The notes beneath the pieces were generated by a model. That model saw nothing but the letters and a program-made list of their open reading frames with translations, had not been told where the DNA came from and did no database searches. A stretch of 63,178 bases of DNA, filler included, from Octopus bimaculoides (Eukaryota): the NCBI RefSeq assembly GCF_001194135.2. It is 4 parts of 4 records of this genome, joined end to end, with 100 filler letters (N's around TTAATTAATTAA, not from the genome) between each part and the next. Parts side by side here need not be neighbours in the genome. Positions count along the whole stretch, not along the records: positions 10,500 to 38,250 come from NC_068986.1; positions 38,351 to 53,453 come from NC_069000.1; 2 more parts are not named here. One strand, given 5' to 3'. This document shows, one piece after another, positions 29,291 to 41,529 of the stretch. Numbering within the stretch: position 1 is the stretch's first letter; every line of letters begins with the position of its first letter. The position numbers and the translations under genes are program-made.

Positions 29291-29440
29291 TAGTTTGATA
29301 CGGTTCTTTGCGACTCATATTTTCGCTGGCCTCTACCAGAAGCCTGTCTCTTCCAAGCTTTGGATTGCCAGCCTCTAACAGAGACGGGCTTCTGTTAGAG
29401 GCCTACGAATCTTTAAGTCACATGGAACCGTACCAAACTG
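29291..29440. repeat. ~150-bp imperfect palindrome (MITE or fold-back element)
   Basis: 29291-29306 pairs with 29425-29440 (14/16); 29328-29350 pairs with 29381-29403 (21/23). Confidence 0.75.
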
Positions 29441-29463
29441 TTATAATAATAATAATAGTAATA

Positions 29464-29499
<36 letters not shown>

Positions 29500-31217
29500 G
29501 TTATCGCCAAGCCAACATGGCAGTCCCAAAATTAGGATGAAAGCTGCCGTGAATTAGCTCCAAGAAGCCATCGCCTCTAGCTAGCTATGTGACACACGAA
29601 ACCTGTGTCCTTTATAACCTTCGAACAGGGGAGGTCAGCAGTTTCCCCTTGCTGGTTTGGCATCTGCAGACTAGTTTCGGGGTGCTGCCCCTTGTCAATG
29701 CAGAGCAGCCAAGCTCCAGCCAGGCGGCGCTGCTGACTATCTGTTCGAAGGTTATTTATCTAATTTCAGTGGAATCTATCCACTGGTTTTCAGAAATAGA
29801 GNNNNNNNNNNNNNNNNNNNNNNNNNNNNNNNNNNNNNNNNNNNNNNNNNNNNNNNNNNNNNNNNNNNNNNNNNNNNNNNNNNNNNNNNNNNNNNNNNNN
29901 NNNNNNNNNNNNNNNNNNNNNNNNNNNNNNNNNNNNNNNNNNNNNNNNNNNNNNNNNNNNNNNNNNNNNNNNNNNNNNNNNNNNNNNNNNNNNNNNNNNN
30001 NNNNNNNNNNNNNNNNNNNNNNNNNNNNNNNNNNNNNNNNNNNNNNNNNNNNNNNNNNNNNNNNNNNNNNNNNNNNNNNNNNNNNNNNNNNNNNNNNNNN
30101 NNNNNNNNNNNNNNNNNNNNNNNNNNNNNNNNNNNNNNNNNNNNNNNNNNNNNNNNNNNNNNNNNNNNNNNNNNNNNNNNNNNNNNNNNNNNNNNNNNNN
30201 NNNNNNNNNNNNNNNNNNNNNNNNNNNNNNNNNNNNNNNNNNNNNNNNNNNNNNNNNNNNNNNNNNNNNNNNNNNNNNATATAAATTCCATCTGGTACCC
30301 TTCTGAAATACTACGGCAGCTTATTTGGTAACAACCCCATAACTCAAGAAGGAAATCACAATCTACTATGTAAAACGGGCAAAATGTAATTCTGCGATTC
30401 ATATTTCGGGATATTAGCCGTTCAAGAAAACAGGGTAGTTGAGCTAATCAGCGAAGATAGATTTAGCGCTTTATCTGCCTTAACGTAAATGACAATACTG
30501 TTGAGAAAATTTTGCAATCAATTTCTTAAGTTGGCCATTACTGACGTCATTTATTTGTATGTAGTGAAGGTCCATAAACTAAGTCTTTATAACAGCAACA
30601 TTTAACTATCCTGTTTCTTGATGGCAGAATAAACCAGAAATGTTATGCTTTCAACTCATCCTTGATCCTCTCGTGGCTCACCTGCGGTGTGTGTACATGT
30701 GGTCCGCAGTAAGTGCGAATGGTTAAGAAACCTCAGGTTTAAATCCATTACGCAGCATATCGCGGATATGTCATTTTGTAAAGTCTCGCATGCAAAGTAT
30801 CAGATCCAAAGACACGTTTCTGCTAAGAGAGTCTATATGACAATTGCATCTGTGTGCACTTAACACAAACACACACAAACATACTATTATTTCGTGTAAG
30901 TTCCTAGAAGTTTGTTTGAAATAATAAGCTTCCTATAAGCAACTTTTTAGACTTTCATCGTCTCATCTTCATTATAAAGTGATATTATCGTATATTGGTG
31001 CTTCTTGATCGTAAACATGGCTGATGTTACTGAAGCAAAGGTTGCTGTGGGAATGCAATTTTGTGACTATTCTACGTCATAAATCAAGGTTGTTTATGTG
31101 ACTATTATTCATATTCAATACAATACATCGAAAAGGAAAGGCATCAACATTTTCGTTATAGAAACACTAAATTCATAGGTTTTATATATGTTTAAAAAAA
31201 AAAGCAAAATATCTCAC

Positions 31218-31322
31218 CTTGAATATTTCCATTGTAACCAGTAGGAGCAACTTGGACTAATGGGGATACTCCAACGGGTGAACTGGAATAGATTTGACTC
31301 GAGCTGTAGGTAGTTGCTGGAG
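31218..31322 (-). CDS. Internal coding exon, phase 1-1: (x)PATTYSSSQIYSSSPVGVSPLVQVAPTGYNGNIQ(x)
   Basis: Acceptor ttttgcttcctttctacttattttag|, donor CAAG|GTGAGA, 105 nt, open, Ser/Pro/Tyr-rich. Confidence 0.65.
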
Positions 31323-31574
31323 CTAAAATAAGTAGAAAGGAAGCAAAATATTTAGAAATAAATGTGTAATTTGTTTTCATTATCATAAATTACAGTTAAT
31401 TATGAGTGAAACTAGATGCTCTTGCAACGTTTTGTATACAGCAAACCACTAATTAAATATTGATAATTTGATGAATATCAGATATTTCCGACGCATGTAT
31501 ATATACTTCTAAGAAATTACATGATGAGTTTTAAAGTAGTGAACATTGACCAGTAGATTAGTGAATTTTGAGTT

Positions 31575-31835
31575 TAAATCAGGACATATTTAGCTTTTGA
31601 TCAAGAAATGTCTATTTTTCAACAAGGAGATAAAGAAATATTGATCAGAAAATGTGGGGCTTTGGACCAGAGAATGTTTGAGCTTTAGATAAGAAAACGT
31701 TGATAAGAGATAAGAGAACGTGAGGTTGAGATAAGAGAATATTTGGTTCAGACCGAGAAATGTTTATCTTTAGATGGACTTTGGATTAGTAAATTTTTAG
31801 CTTCATAAAAGATCAGAGAATGTTGAGCTTTAAAT
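31575..31835. repeat. Degenerate ~22-bp minisatellite (approx. ctttagataagagaatgttgag)
   Basis: Recurring agagaatg / gagcttt / gataag motifs at roughly 22-nt spacing. Confidence 0.55.
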
Positions 31836-32163
31836 CGGTGAAAAGAGTGACCACCATCAAAAATATATTAGAACCATATTATGATACTAGAAATATCTAG
31901 ACTCAGCAAGGAAGCCTGCACGTAGCCGGCCAACCTGCCAAAATAGCAGCCAAGTCTTCATCCAATCACATCGTACTTCTCTTGAAAAAAGATCAGGCTG
32001 GATAATATAGTTTTAGACTAAACAATCATAAAAAGAAAACGAATTAGAAGTAAATGCATAATATTTGATATGCTGTAAGAAGAAACGGAAAGAAAGTGAT
32101 GATCTGTTTGGAGATTACTAATACCCCGAATAAGGAATATTTTGCTATTAACAAAGAAAACCG

Positions 32164-32430
32164 TACATTATTTACATTATTTACAATTGACGGATATTCG
32201 TTCTCATCTTGTTTGTTGTTAACACAACGTTTCAGCTGATATACCCTCCAGCTTTCATAAGGTGTCTTGGGGAAATTTCGAACCTGGGTTGTCATTCCTA
32301 AGGTATTTTTCGATGTTGTTGTTGTTGTTATTATTATTATTATTATTATTGTTCAGGTCACTGCCTGGAATCGAACTCAGAATCTTGGGGCTAGTAGCCC
32401 GCGCTCTTAACCACTACGCCATATGCCCGG
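32164..32430 (-). mobile_element. Composite SINE-like element: tRNA head, (AAT/AAC)n, hammerhead fold, (AATAATGTA)2 tail
   Basis: Minus strand: GGGCATATGGCGTAGTGGTTAAGAGC (A-box), GAGTTCGATTCC (B-box), microsatellite, then the hammerhead fold and short tandem tail. Confidence 0.7.
32221..32266 (-). ncRNA. Type I minimal hammerhead ribozyme fold with one core substitution (G5 to U)
   Basis: GACAC-CTTATGA-A-AGCTG-gagggtatat-CAGCT-GAA-ACGT-T-GTGTT: stem I GACAC/GTGTT, stem II AGCTG/CAGCT, palindromic stem III ACGT. Confidence 0.65.
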
Positions 32431-33309
32431 TTTTAAGCAATAACAAATTTTTAATCGAATCAACATGAATATCGGCACTGCTTTCTTTCGAGGATAATAC
32501 AACGTATATGATACTCATTTGGCTTATCACTTTATAAATTACAAGTTGAGCGATATAAAGACAAATAACACATCGATAGTCCACTCTAAAAGCAACAAAA
32601 CTTTAGGGCTATGCAACATACAGGCGTCTTCATATCAGTTGCATTTGCATTGTTATCGAGTGGTACGCATCAGCAATATGCCGGTGCACTTACAATCAAG
32701 ATGTTTCGAATAAATGTCTCAGTTTAATGATACGTTGTTTTCTAACTTATCTAAACAATGATATCCCTACTGACTGACTCGCTGGTAGGCTGCCAGCCTG
32801 GCTTGTAGGTTTGTCGGTCTCACTGCTTCTCCCTCTTTGTTGCTTTTGTATATTTGGTCGTAGGATTTCTTCACTTTTATTCTTTAGCTTAAATTTTTTG
32901 AAATTTTTGTTATCGTTTGTGTTGATTCGTATAATTCAAATTATTCCCAAGTTATCTGTCAACGGGGACGAAAGAACTCACCTATGAGGGGAAATACTTC
33001 TGTCTCTCTCACTCTCCCTCTCTCACCACAAATACACATAGTTCTTTCACTTACTCCCCCCTCTCTCTCTGCGAAATGAATATTTCTTGCCGTCATTTTC
33101 TTTGCCTCCAACATATCTTTAACTATTTCTTTAGCAATCGAGATACTTGACAGAAATAAAATATATGTGACGAAGAATTGAAAGTGTGCTAATGATGATT
33201 ATGTTGCTAACGACTTAAATTTAAAAAAAGAAGATGTCGATGAGAAAATTTTGTGTTGAAACTAGAGAATGGTGAGACAGTACTGAATAGTAAAAATACA
33301 TTAGTTGAG

Positions 33310-33313
<4 letters not shown>

Positions 33314-33387
<74 letters not shown>

Positions 33388-33400
33388 GAGAGAGAGAGAG
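33314..33400. repeat. (GA)n microsatellite
   Basis: Direct reading. Confidence 0.95.
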
Positions 33401-34794
33401 AATAACGTATGTATATATGTGTGTGTGTGTGTGCACGCAAATGCATATATACATACATACATACATACATACATGCATGCATACATACATACATACATTC
33501 ACGCACGCACACGTTGTGAATAGAAGAATAAAAGAATTGTGAAGAACATGAGAGAAGATAGGGAAAAATGTTTTGATAGACGATAGAGAGAGGATGGATG
33601 ACGTAAAGAGAGAGAGAGAGTGAGTGAGTGAGTGAGTGCCTTTTGTAGTAAGAGGAGATGAAAACAAATCGAGGGTAAATAAGACAAATTACTGTAATTA
33701 TCAGAAAGAAATAGTTTTTTGAGAAGGATTTGGATTCTCCTGTTCCTGGCTGCAAATAAGCGACAAAAACAAAAATTCTGAAATTCTTCAGGCAGTCTCG
33801 GAAGTATAGTCGAGTCATGTTGGAAGTAATATGATAGATAGAAAAATAAAAAATATATATACAAAAAAAATAAAATAAGAAGTTTTATACTTTATCCCAG
33901 TTTACAAATTCTAAATATTGTTTGGCAGAAAAGATTTACGCAAAACATTTCAATGTTTTGTAATTGTTATGGAAAATAACTTACACTAGAAAAAGAAAAT
34001 ACATAAGAAAGAAAGAAAAGTGGGAAATAAAAGGGAAGAGAAGGGAATTCCTCAGAAGAAAATAATAGGTAATGGGAGAAGGACTGAAGTAAAACATTTG
34101 GGTTCAGGAGTTGCATGAGTTTCAATCATACATATATATATTGTACAGAGTGTATTCATTCACGTTTAGGTTAGATACAAAAACATAAATTTACTACGCT
34201 GTTTAGCTACCAGGTCAGCTACCACTGTACAAAGTTCTGATCAAAAACACTCTGCAACGATCATTTCAGGCTTTGTTTACCTAGAACTATATTTGTTGAT
34301 GTCATTCCATTTTCAAAAGACGGTAAATATAATTTAAAGACGAATTAACTACTGCTTCCAACAAGCTAAGCGATCAGGCTAGCGTCTTTCCAAATGAGTC
34401 AGGGGTTATGTAGTTGCACTCTATATTAGTAGTAACACGGGCTTGAAGGAGTGCTCGATGAAATGCATTACAGGTGAAGTAAACGGATTAGACAAAAATG
34501 ACATAACTGAAATTCAAAAAATTTATTTAGGGTGGGGGATCAATTAATAATAACTACAATATGCGAGTTGATAAATTATTAGAAACGTTGCGTTTTGATT
34601 CGTCTAGAAACCTAACTTATGCGGAGCGCTAAAAGTGTCCTTGGTAAAAGTATTTTTTAACTCCTGATAAAGTCAAATAATACCGAAACATATCCAGTAA
34701 TTTCACCGTATTTACTAAAGATCAAACCCTATTCTTTTTCTAATTATAATTTAAACTTCGAAGGTTCTCTCCCTTGCCAGAATTAGTCATTAAA

Positions 34795-35222
34795 GTAATC
34801 TTTTCTACTCTAGGCACAAGGCCCAAAATTTTTGGGGGGAGGGTCTATCTGATAGACCCATTAAGAAACTGCTACTTAATTTATCGACCCTGAAAGGATG
34901 AAAGCAAAGTCGACCTCGGCGGAATTTGAACTCAGAACGCAAAGACAGACGGAATACTGCTATGCATTTCGCCTGGCGTGCTAACGTTTCTTATTTCTTT
35001 ATTACCCACAAGGGGCTAAACGTAGAGAGGTCAAACAAGGACAGACAAAGGGATTAAGTCGATTACATCGACCCCAGTGCGTAACTGGTACTAAAATTAT
35101 CGGTCCCGAACGGATGAAAGGAAAAGTCGACCTCGGCGGAATTTGAACTCAGAACGTAACGGCAGACGAAATACCGCTAAGCATTTCGCCCGGCGTGCTA
35201 ACGTTTCTGCCAGCTCGCTGCC
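34795..35222 (-). mobile_element. Nested or dimeric family-B SINEs with 12-bp TSD
   Basis: Two aatttgaactcagaacg units in tandem; TTAGTCATTAAA at 34783-34794 and 35223-35234. Confidence 0.8.
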
Positions 35223-36482
35223 TTAGTCATTAAAATAGATAATTTGAGAGGATTAAAATTTCTTGGCTCAAATAACGTTTCAGTATGTTAGCGTCTTTTC
35301 ACGCAGAAGGCGTCCCTCATTATTGTCACCCCCTACTGCACTCATTATACTAACTTCTCAATAGCTTTATCAGTTTGACTGTAAAACTATACTACTTAGT
35401 GGCTTAGTTGACTTACATGAGCAGCAAAATGTCCGCTCAGAACTGGAGAATTTAACTAAACTTACTCGAGTGTATCATTCACTAAAGTCCACTTCTCCAG
35501 TGGTGCCAAACGAAACAGGCAACAATGGATTAGAGGATATTACAATTCGAAATATAAGCATTATGTAAATAAAGCAATCCAAAATTAATTACTACATTTC
35601 ATTGAAATGAATCTAAATAGCTCACTGCTATTTTCAATCCTGAAATTGCGCGCGCACACCCACACCCACAAATTATATATACATACATATATATATACAA
35701 ACACTCAATTACATTCCCACTAAAGAGAAAGTGCAGTTGGGTGGTCGTGGGGATGGCAACAATATTGGACATTTGTCAAAAACCTATTATGGATCCATTT
35801 CGAATTGAATTCGATCAAACCAAACTAATCAGTAAAACTCCGCCTATTCAACAATTAAAACCCATTCCATCAATTAGATTACACCGCCATTTCATTAGAA
35901 TTCTTCATATAATCAAGAAAAAATCCGATTAACAAAAATCTCCACAACCCATCCTTTCTACTTGTAAACATCTTCATCCATTCTCGAGTTACATGGGGCT
36001 TTCAAGCAGAACTAACGATATTAAATTTGTCAATGATAGAAGTTACCAATGCAGAAAACAATCTCAAAACTATTATGAAAGTAAATAAACAAACAATGAA
36101 AAAACAATAAAGAAAATAAATATTATATAAATACGTAATGGTTCAGATTGCACTAACAAAGGACAGGGGTAGTGGTGATTGCGCGAGTAGAATTAGAATA
36201 TCAGGCTAACGCATTATATTGCTTATCTATTTCCTCTCTGTTCAAGTCCCGCGATGGCTGTTCCTTTTTCAGTCTTTTTATTTTCATTCCTTTAGGTCGA
36301 AGGGACAAATACCGGAAATGCACTCGTTTTGATTAAATTGAATGAATTCACTATCTTACAACATTCAGTTAGGTATATTGTCAAAATAATCAATAGTCGT
36401 CAAATTAAAAGGAAACCTGTCCAGTGATTCGCCAATTAGTTTCAATATTAATTTGTTTATCAGTTTCTTCTTTCTGAACCAG

Positions 36483-36545
36483 CAAAGAGAAACATCCAGA
36501 AAAAAAAAGGCCATCAGTCTCTTCAAGTTCAGTGATGCAGAAATG
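36483..36545 (+). CDS. Candidate 63-nt internal exon: (x)KEKHPEKKRPSVSSSSVMQK(x) or QRETSRKKKAISLFKFSDAEM
   Basis: Acceptor tttcttctttctgaaccag|, donor ATG|GTTAGT, length a multiple of 3, two open frames; no homology recognised. Confidence 0.35.
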
Positions 36546-36958
36546 GTTAGTAAACAATCAAAGAACTTTTTTGCAGTTGCCAGTATTAAAATGTGTATTA
36601 GCATTTCTTAACAGATTTACTCAATAGCAGGCGTCATTACAAACAACAAAAATGACGAAGGTAGCGATATATTCGTGTACGAAAACAGTAATTGCGCTAT
36701 TGTCATCAATAATGAAACTAAAATACTTCTCTTCTAAGTTCTCTAGGGATGAACAGTTAAAAATATTTATCTTTTTTGACGAAGCTTCAGAGAAAAAGAA
36801 GATCCAGTTTCTTTAGCTTGTATATTTTTCATATATTATCATAGCTCTATTCCCGCTTTGTTTATCTTTAACAAAACCGCAAGCGTCAAAAGGTTCCAAA
36901 CATATAGACACACACAATATCTATCTATCTATATATCTATCTATTTCTCTATCTATAA

Positions 36959-37009
<51 letters not shown>

Positions 37010-38028
37010 CACAAATACTCGTTTTCTTATATAGTTTGGATAAATTTCGGTTGTATAATTTCAAGGTATTTTCTGATCAAACTTGTAATATGCAATGCAA
37101 AAAAGACAAAAGAAAAGAAAAGCAGAAATAAAGGAGTAGAAACGACATAAAAGTTTAGAATAAAAGAATAAACTTAAACATGAAATGGGACCGATGAAAT
37201 GCGAGATAGTATAAAAATTCGAAAACAGAATGCTTGTTTGTTCTTACTGTAGCTATACATTTCCCCCACACTCACATTTCTGCATTGCTTGAAAAATCTC
37301 AGCTTCATTTTTTGTCTTACATTAAGCATATTTTAACCGAGTCTGAGACTCCAGATAGGAAAAAAATATCACTAAACAGATAAACATTTACATTTCATGC
37401 ATTCAGAAAAATATGCAGGGGCCACTGTTTCCTGTACATTTAAGAGGATTTCAATTTATTCATTTATTTTAAGTTTGAACGTGTTAAAGCTATGTCTTCG
37501 AAATTTACATTTCTACTGCTTATTAACCTCTGACACAACAATTCTAAGGGATAGAAATAGTGAAAGAGAAATTGCTAAATTCTTGAATTTCGAAACAAAT
37601 TACATCAGTTCATAGCGTCTCTTACTATATAAACTGAAGACAGCAAGAGCTAGATAAATATACATAGAAAAAGGAGTTGGTATGATTGGTGTAGAAAAAT
37701 TGTTCTTTCGTTGTCACTGCCGTTTCGTTTCTCTTCTTCAGACGAATTGTAACAATAGAATATTACAAGTGTTTTGACAAATGCTGAAACACAGGCACAC
37801 TTACATACATGCATACGTACATATATTCATAGAGAGAAAGAGGGGAGGGAGAGGGGAAGAAAGAAAGGTTTCATTACAAATGAAAGTATGCTCTCATTTT
37901 CTTCATAGCATTACATATGTTTGGTTACGTTCGACAGAAAAGACAGAAAAGAATAAATTTCGAAAGCAGCTGCCTACTTTCTGTATAATAATTTTGTCTC
38001 ACTTTGCAACTACCTCTGTAACTGGATG

Positions 38029-38250
38029 CCAATATTACAAAATATTTAATTACAAAATAGATACCTGAGACCACACTAAATTTCATAGTCTAATATTTTC
38101 AAAACCCAGTATGTATGTATGCATGTATGTATGTATGTATGCATGCATATTTACATACATACATACATACTGAGTTTTGAAAATATTGGGCTATGAAATT
38201 CAGTGCGGTCCTAGGTATCTATTTTGTAATTATATATTTTGTAATATTGG
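38029..38250. repeat. Long inverted repeat centred on (TATG)n/(CATA)n
   Basis: Left arm ccaatattacaaaatatttaattacaaaatagatacc...aaaacccagtatg is the reverse complement of the right arm apart from scattered substitutions; the right arm runs into an N gap. Confidence 0.9.
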
Positions 38251-38350
38251 NNNNNNNNNNNNNNNNNNNNNNNNNNNNNNNNNNNNNNNNNNNNTTAATT
38301 AATTAANNNNNNNNNNNNNNNNNNNNNNNNNNNNNNNNNNNNNNNNNNNN

Positions 38351-38400
<50 letters not shown>

Positions 38401-39001
38401 CCTCTCTCTCTCTATCTATCTATCTATCTTTCAATCTATTTATCTTTTTCGTGCGCTGTCATCTACTAAGGAGATCGACATCTCGTTTGCTTATTAAACA
38501 GAATCTTACAGTTATGGATGAGGGTCAGTTTCTTTCTTGTCAACAACACTAGATAGCTACTGTTGTTGTTGCTGCTGTTGTTGTTGTTGTTGTTGTTGTT
38601 CTAGCTGTGGTTGTTAATGTTGTGATTCTCATGGTTTGTAAATTCGTTTGGGAATATTTCCTTTCTTTCTAATTCTTCGCACTCATCTTGAGCATCGTAC
38701 CTGGCGCGGGCAGAGGGCACTATTTTTCGAAGGTGATGGGCGTGTTGGATGGGGATAGTAATAGTTTTTTTTGTATTTTTTTTTTACGGAGGTGGCGTTG
38801 TGTTGATGGTGGTGGTGTGTTGATAGTAGTGGTGGTAATGGTNNNNNNNNNNNNNNNNNNNNNNNNNNNNNNNNNNNNNNNNNNNNNNNNNNNNNNNNNN
38901 NNNNNNNNNNNNNNNNNNNNNNNNNNNNNNNNNNNNNNNNNNNNNNNNNNNNNNNNNNNNNNNNNNNNNNNNNNNNNNNNNNNNNNNNNNNNNNNNNNNN
39001 N

Positions 39002-39047
<46 letters not shown>

Positions 39048-39172
39048 CAAAGCAGTGGTTGTGGAGGTAGTAATGGCAGTGGTGACAGTAGTAGTAGTAG
39101 TAGTAGAACGGCAGTGGTTGTGTCGGTCGTACTGGTGGAGGTGATGGAGGTGGTGGTGGGTTTTGGCGGAAG

Positions 39173-39210
<38 letters not shown>

Positions 39211-39611
39211 CGTGCGCATGTGTGTGCCTGTTTCAAAGGGATGTAGTGTAAGAGATCTCGGAAACAATAAAATATATCACCTGGACGTACACAGAGAGTG
39301 TGGGTAGGGGAGGAGGCCCTTAAATTTTTCTTCACTTCCCGTTCCATTCTATTGAGGAGGGTGGAAAAAATGTGGAAGCCTGACAATAATAGATAGAAGA
39401 GCTCCTTAAACGGGCTTGTTAAGGGAATTGATAAGATAGTAACCTTTCACTGAGAACATACACCTGACAGATTGACTGCAAAGAAATTCCTACAAACATA
39501 CGTATATACATATGGTGGTGGAGGTGCATGTATGTATGTATGTATGTATGTATTATGTATGTATGTATGTATGCATGTATGTATGTGTGTGTGTATGTAT
39601 GCATGTACGTG

Positions 39612-39646
<35 letters not shown>

Positions 39647-40320
39647 ATTACACATATACACACATGCATACATGCATATACAATTACTGTGTGTGTGCAT
39701 ATGTCTGTGTGAGTATGTGTACTTGTGTGTGTGTGCGTGTGTGTATTTGTCGTGTCATATAAGGACTCGTAGAATCATGTGGCTATCACAGAAGGCTCTT
39801 CTAGCGGACCCGGCTAGCGGTCCACATAGTGATCGAATAGGGAGGAAGATAATGCAGAGTTCTATGTAACTGAAATCCAGGAGATCCAATCGATGAAATT
39901 AGTTCATAAACCACAAAAATTCAGGAAGTATGAGAGGCGAATATATTCATCTAACCCCATGTTATCCTTAGGGCTAAGGCCGTTTCGCATCTTTCATCAT
40001 ATAATAATAGCTTCAGTGTATAATAAATTAGTTTACATGTCTACATGAATATGCATGCTATGCATTAAATAATACAATTATATGATTAAAAATCAGTGCA
40101 GATGAAGAAAGCTAGCTCATCAGATCACCAGTAGGTCGTGGTCACATCAATGCTTCAACCCTAAGTATATATATACAAAATTTACTCTTCATATATACAA
40201 TGTATGGAAGGCCAATATTAGATCAAAGTAGCTTGATATCATCATTACAAATAAATATAAACTATAAATATATATGAATGTATACATATGTTCGTATATA
40301 TGTATACAAACATACATACA

Positions 40321-40375
<55 letters not shown>

Positions 40376-41529
40376 ACAAAGAGAGAGAGATATGTGCATG
40401 TATGTATGTGCATATATATGTATATATATATATTGTAGATATATATTTTTATACTTATATATATTGTAGATATATACTTTTATAGATACATTGATATTTC
40501 TACATGCATAAAAATATATACACACATATATGCTTCTATGTATTAGTGTGTGTATAATTATGTGTACAAGAACCATTTTAACGATGCGTACTGCCTTAAT
40601 TCTTCGAAACGCCGGAGTTTTAATGGTGGCAGCTGATGAAGGGGATGTTTCTATGTGGCCTGCTTGTTTGTTGCACCTTGTTTACCATTTTGTCCTTGTT
40701 CTTTTGCCACGTCATGTACCCAGTTATGTATCTATATGTACATGTAGATGAACGTATATACATACATGTACATATATACGCATATACTCATATATGGTTT
40801 ATATATTAATATAGTAAGTTATTCTTCCTTATAGAACAGATTCACCAATACTCAATATTCAAATGATACATCTTTATCTATTTATGTTGACTTTTGGGAA
40901 ATAGTAAAATCCATTGTTCCATACACAAACTTTTAGATTTTCCGGAAATCCGTAACTTCCCTTGACTATAGTATTTAACAATATAAGAATATATACATGG
41001 TATCTTATTTAAGAAGAAATTGAAGAAAAATTATTGAATAAAACATGTTTTCCGGTGCATCACCTGTTAAGAATATTTTCAAATTGCAGGCATTTCTCCG
41101 AGATATTATTGAAGTTCTGTCATCGTACATACCCTCCTAACTAAACTGGTTAGCGTGAAGTTACTCACTGGCTCTCGCCTTCGTGTCACAAGTGAGATGT
41201 GTTGTCTCTCTCTTTCTGTCTCTCTCTCTCCCTCTCTCTGTCTATCTACCTACCTATCTACCTCTGCTTTTTCTACTGCTATAGTACTGACCACTTCTCT
41301 TCGGGGCTAACTTGTCTCGTGACCTCTCCATTCAGGCATTCCCATTCACTCATCTGTCTTCCTTTCACCTTTCTAACTCTATCTAGTGTGTGTCCGTTGT
41401 GCCTCTAGAGAGGGCTAGAGTGTCATCTCTGTAGAGACCTAAGATGTCAAGGATGTACAGTCCGATAAGACAGGTGAGGGAACACCAAACAAGGTGTATT
41501 GGTTTGACTCTCAAGAGAAATGGATGAAG

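Noticed and set aside
32350-32430. Possible tRNA gene (also at 8826-8895)
   Set aside because: A and B boxes are present but the acceptor and T stems do not pair properly, and the sequence continues into repeat bodies; these are SINE heads.
38683-39267. Pro/His/Thr-rich minus-strand ORF ending at a CAG|GTACGA donor-like site
   Set aside because: Mostly (CTA)n/(CCA)n microsatellite plus an N gap, with no acceptor identified.
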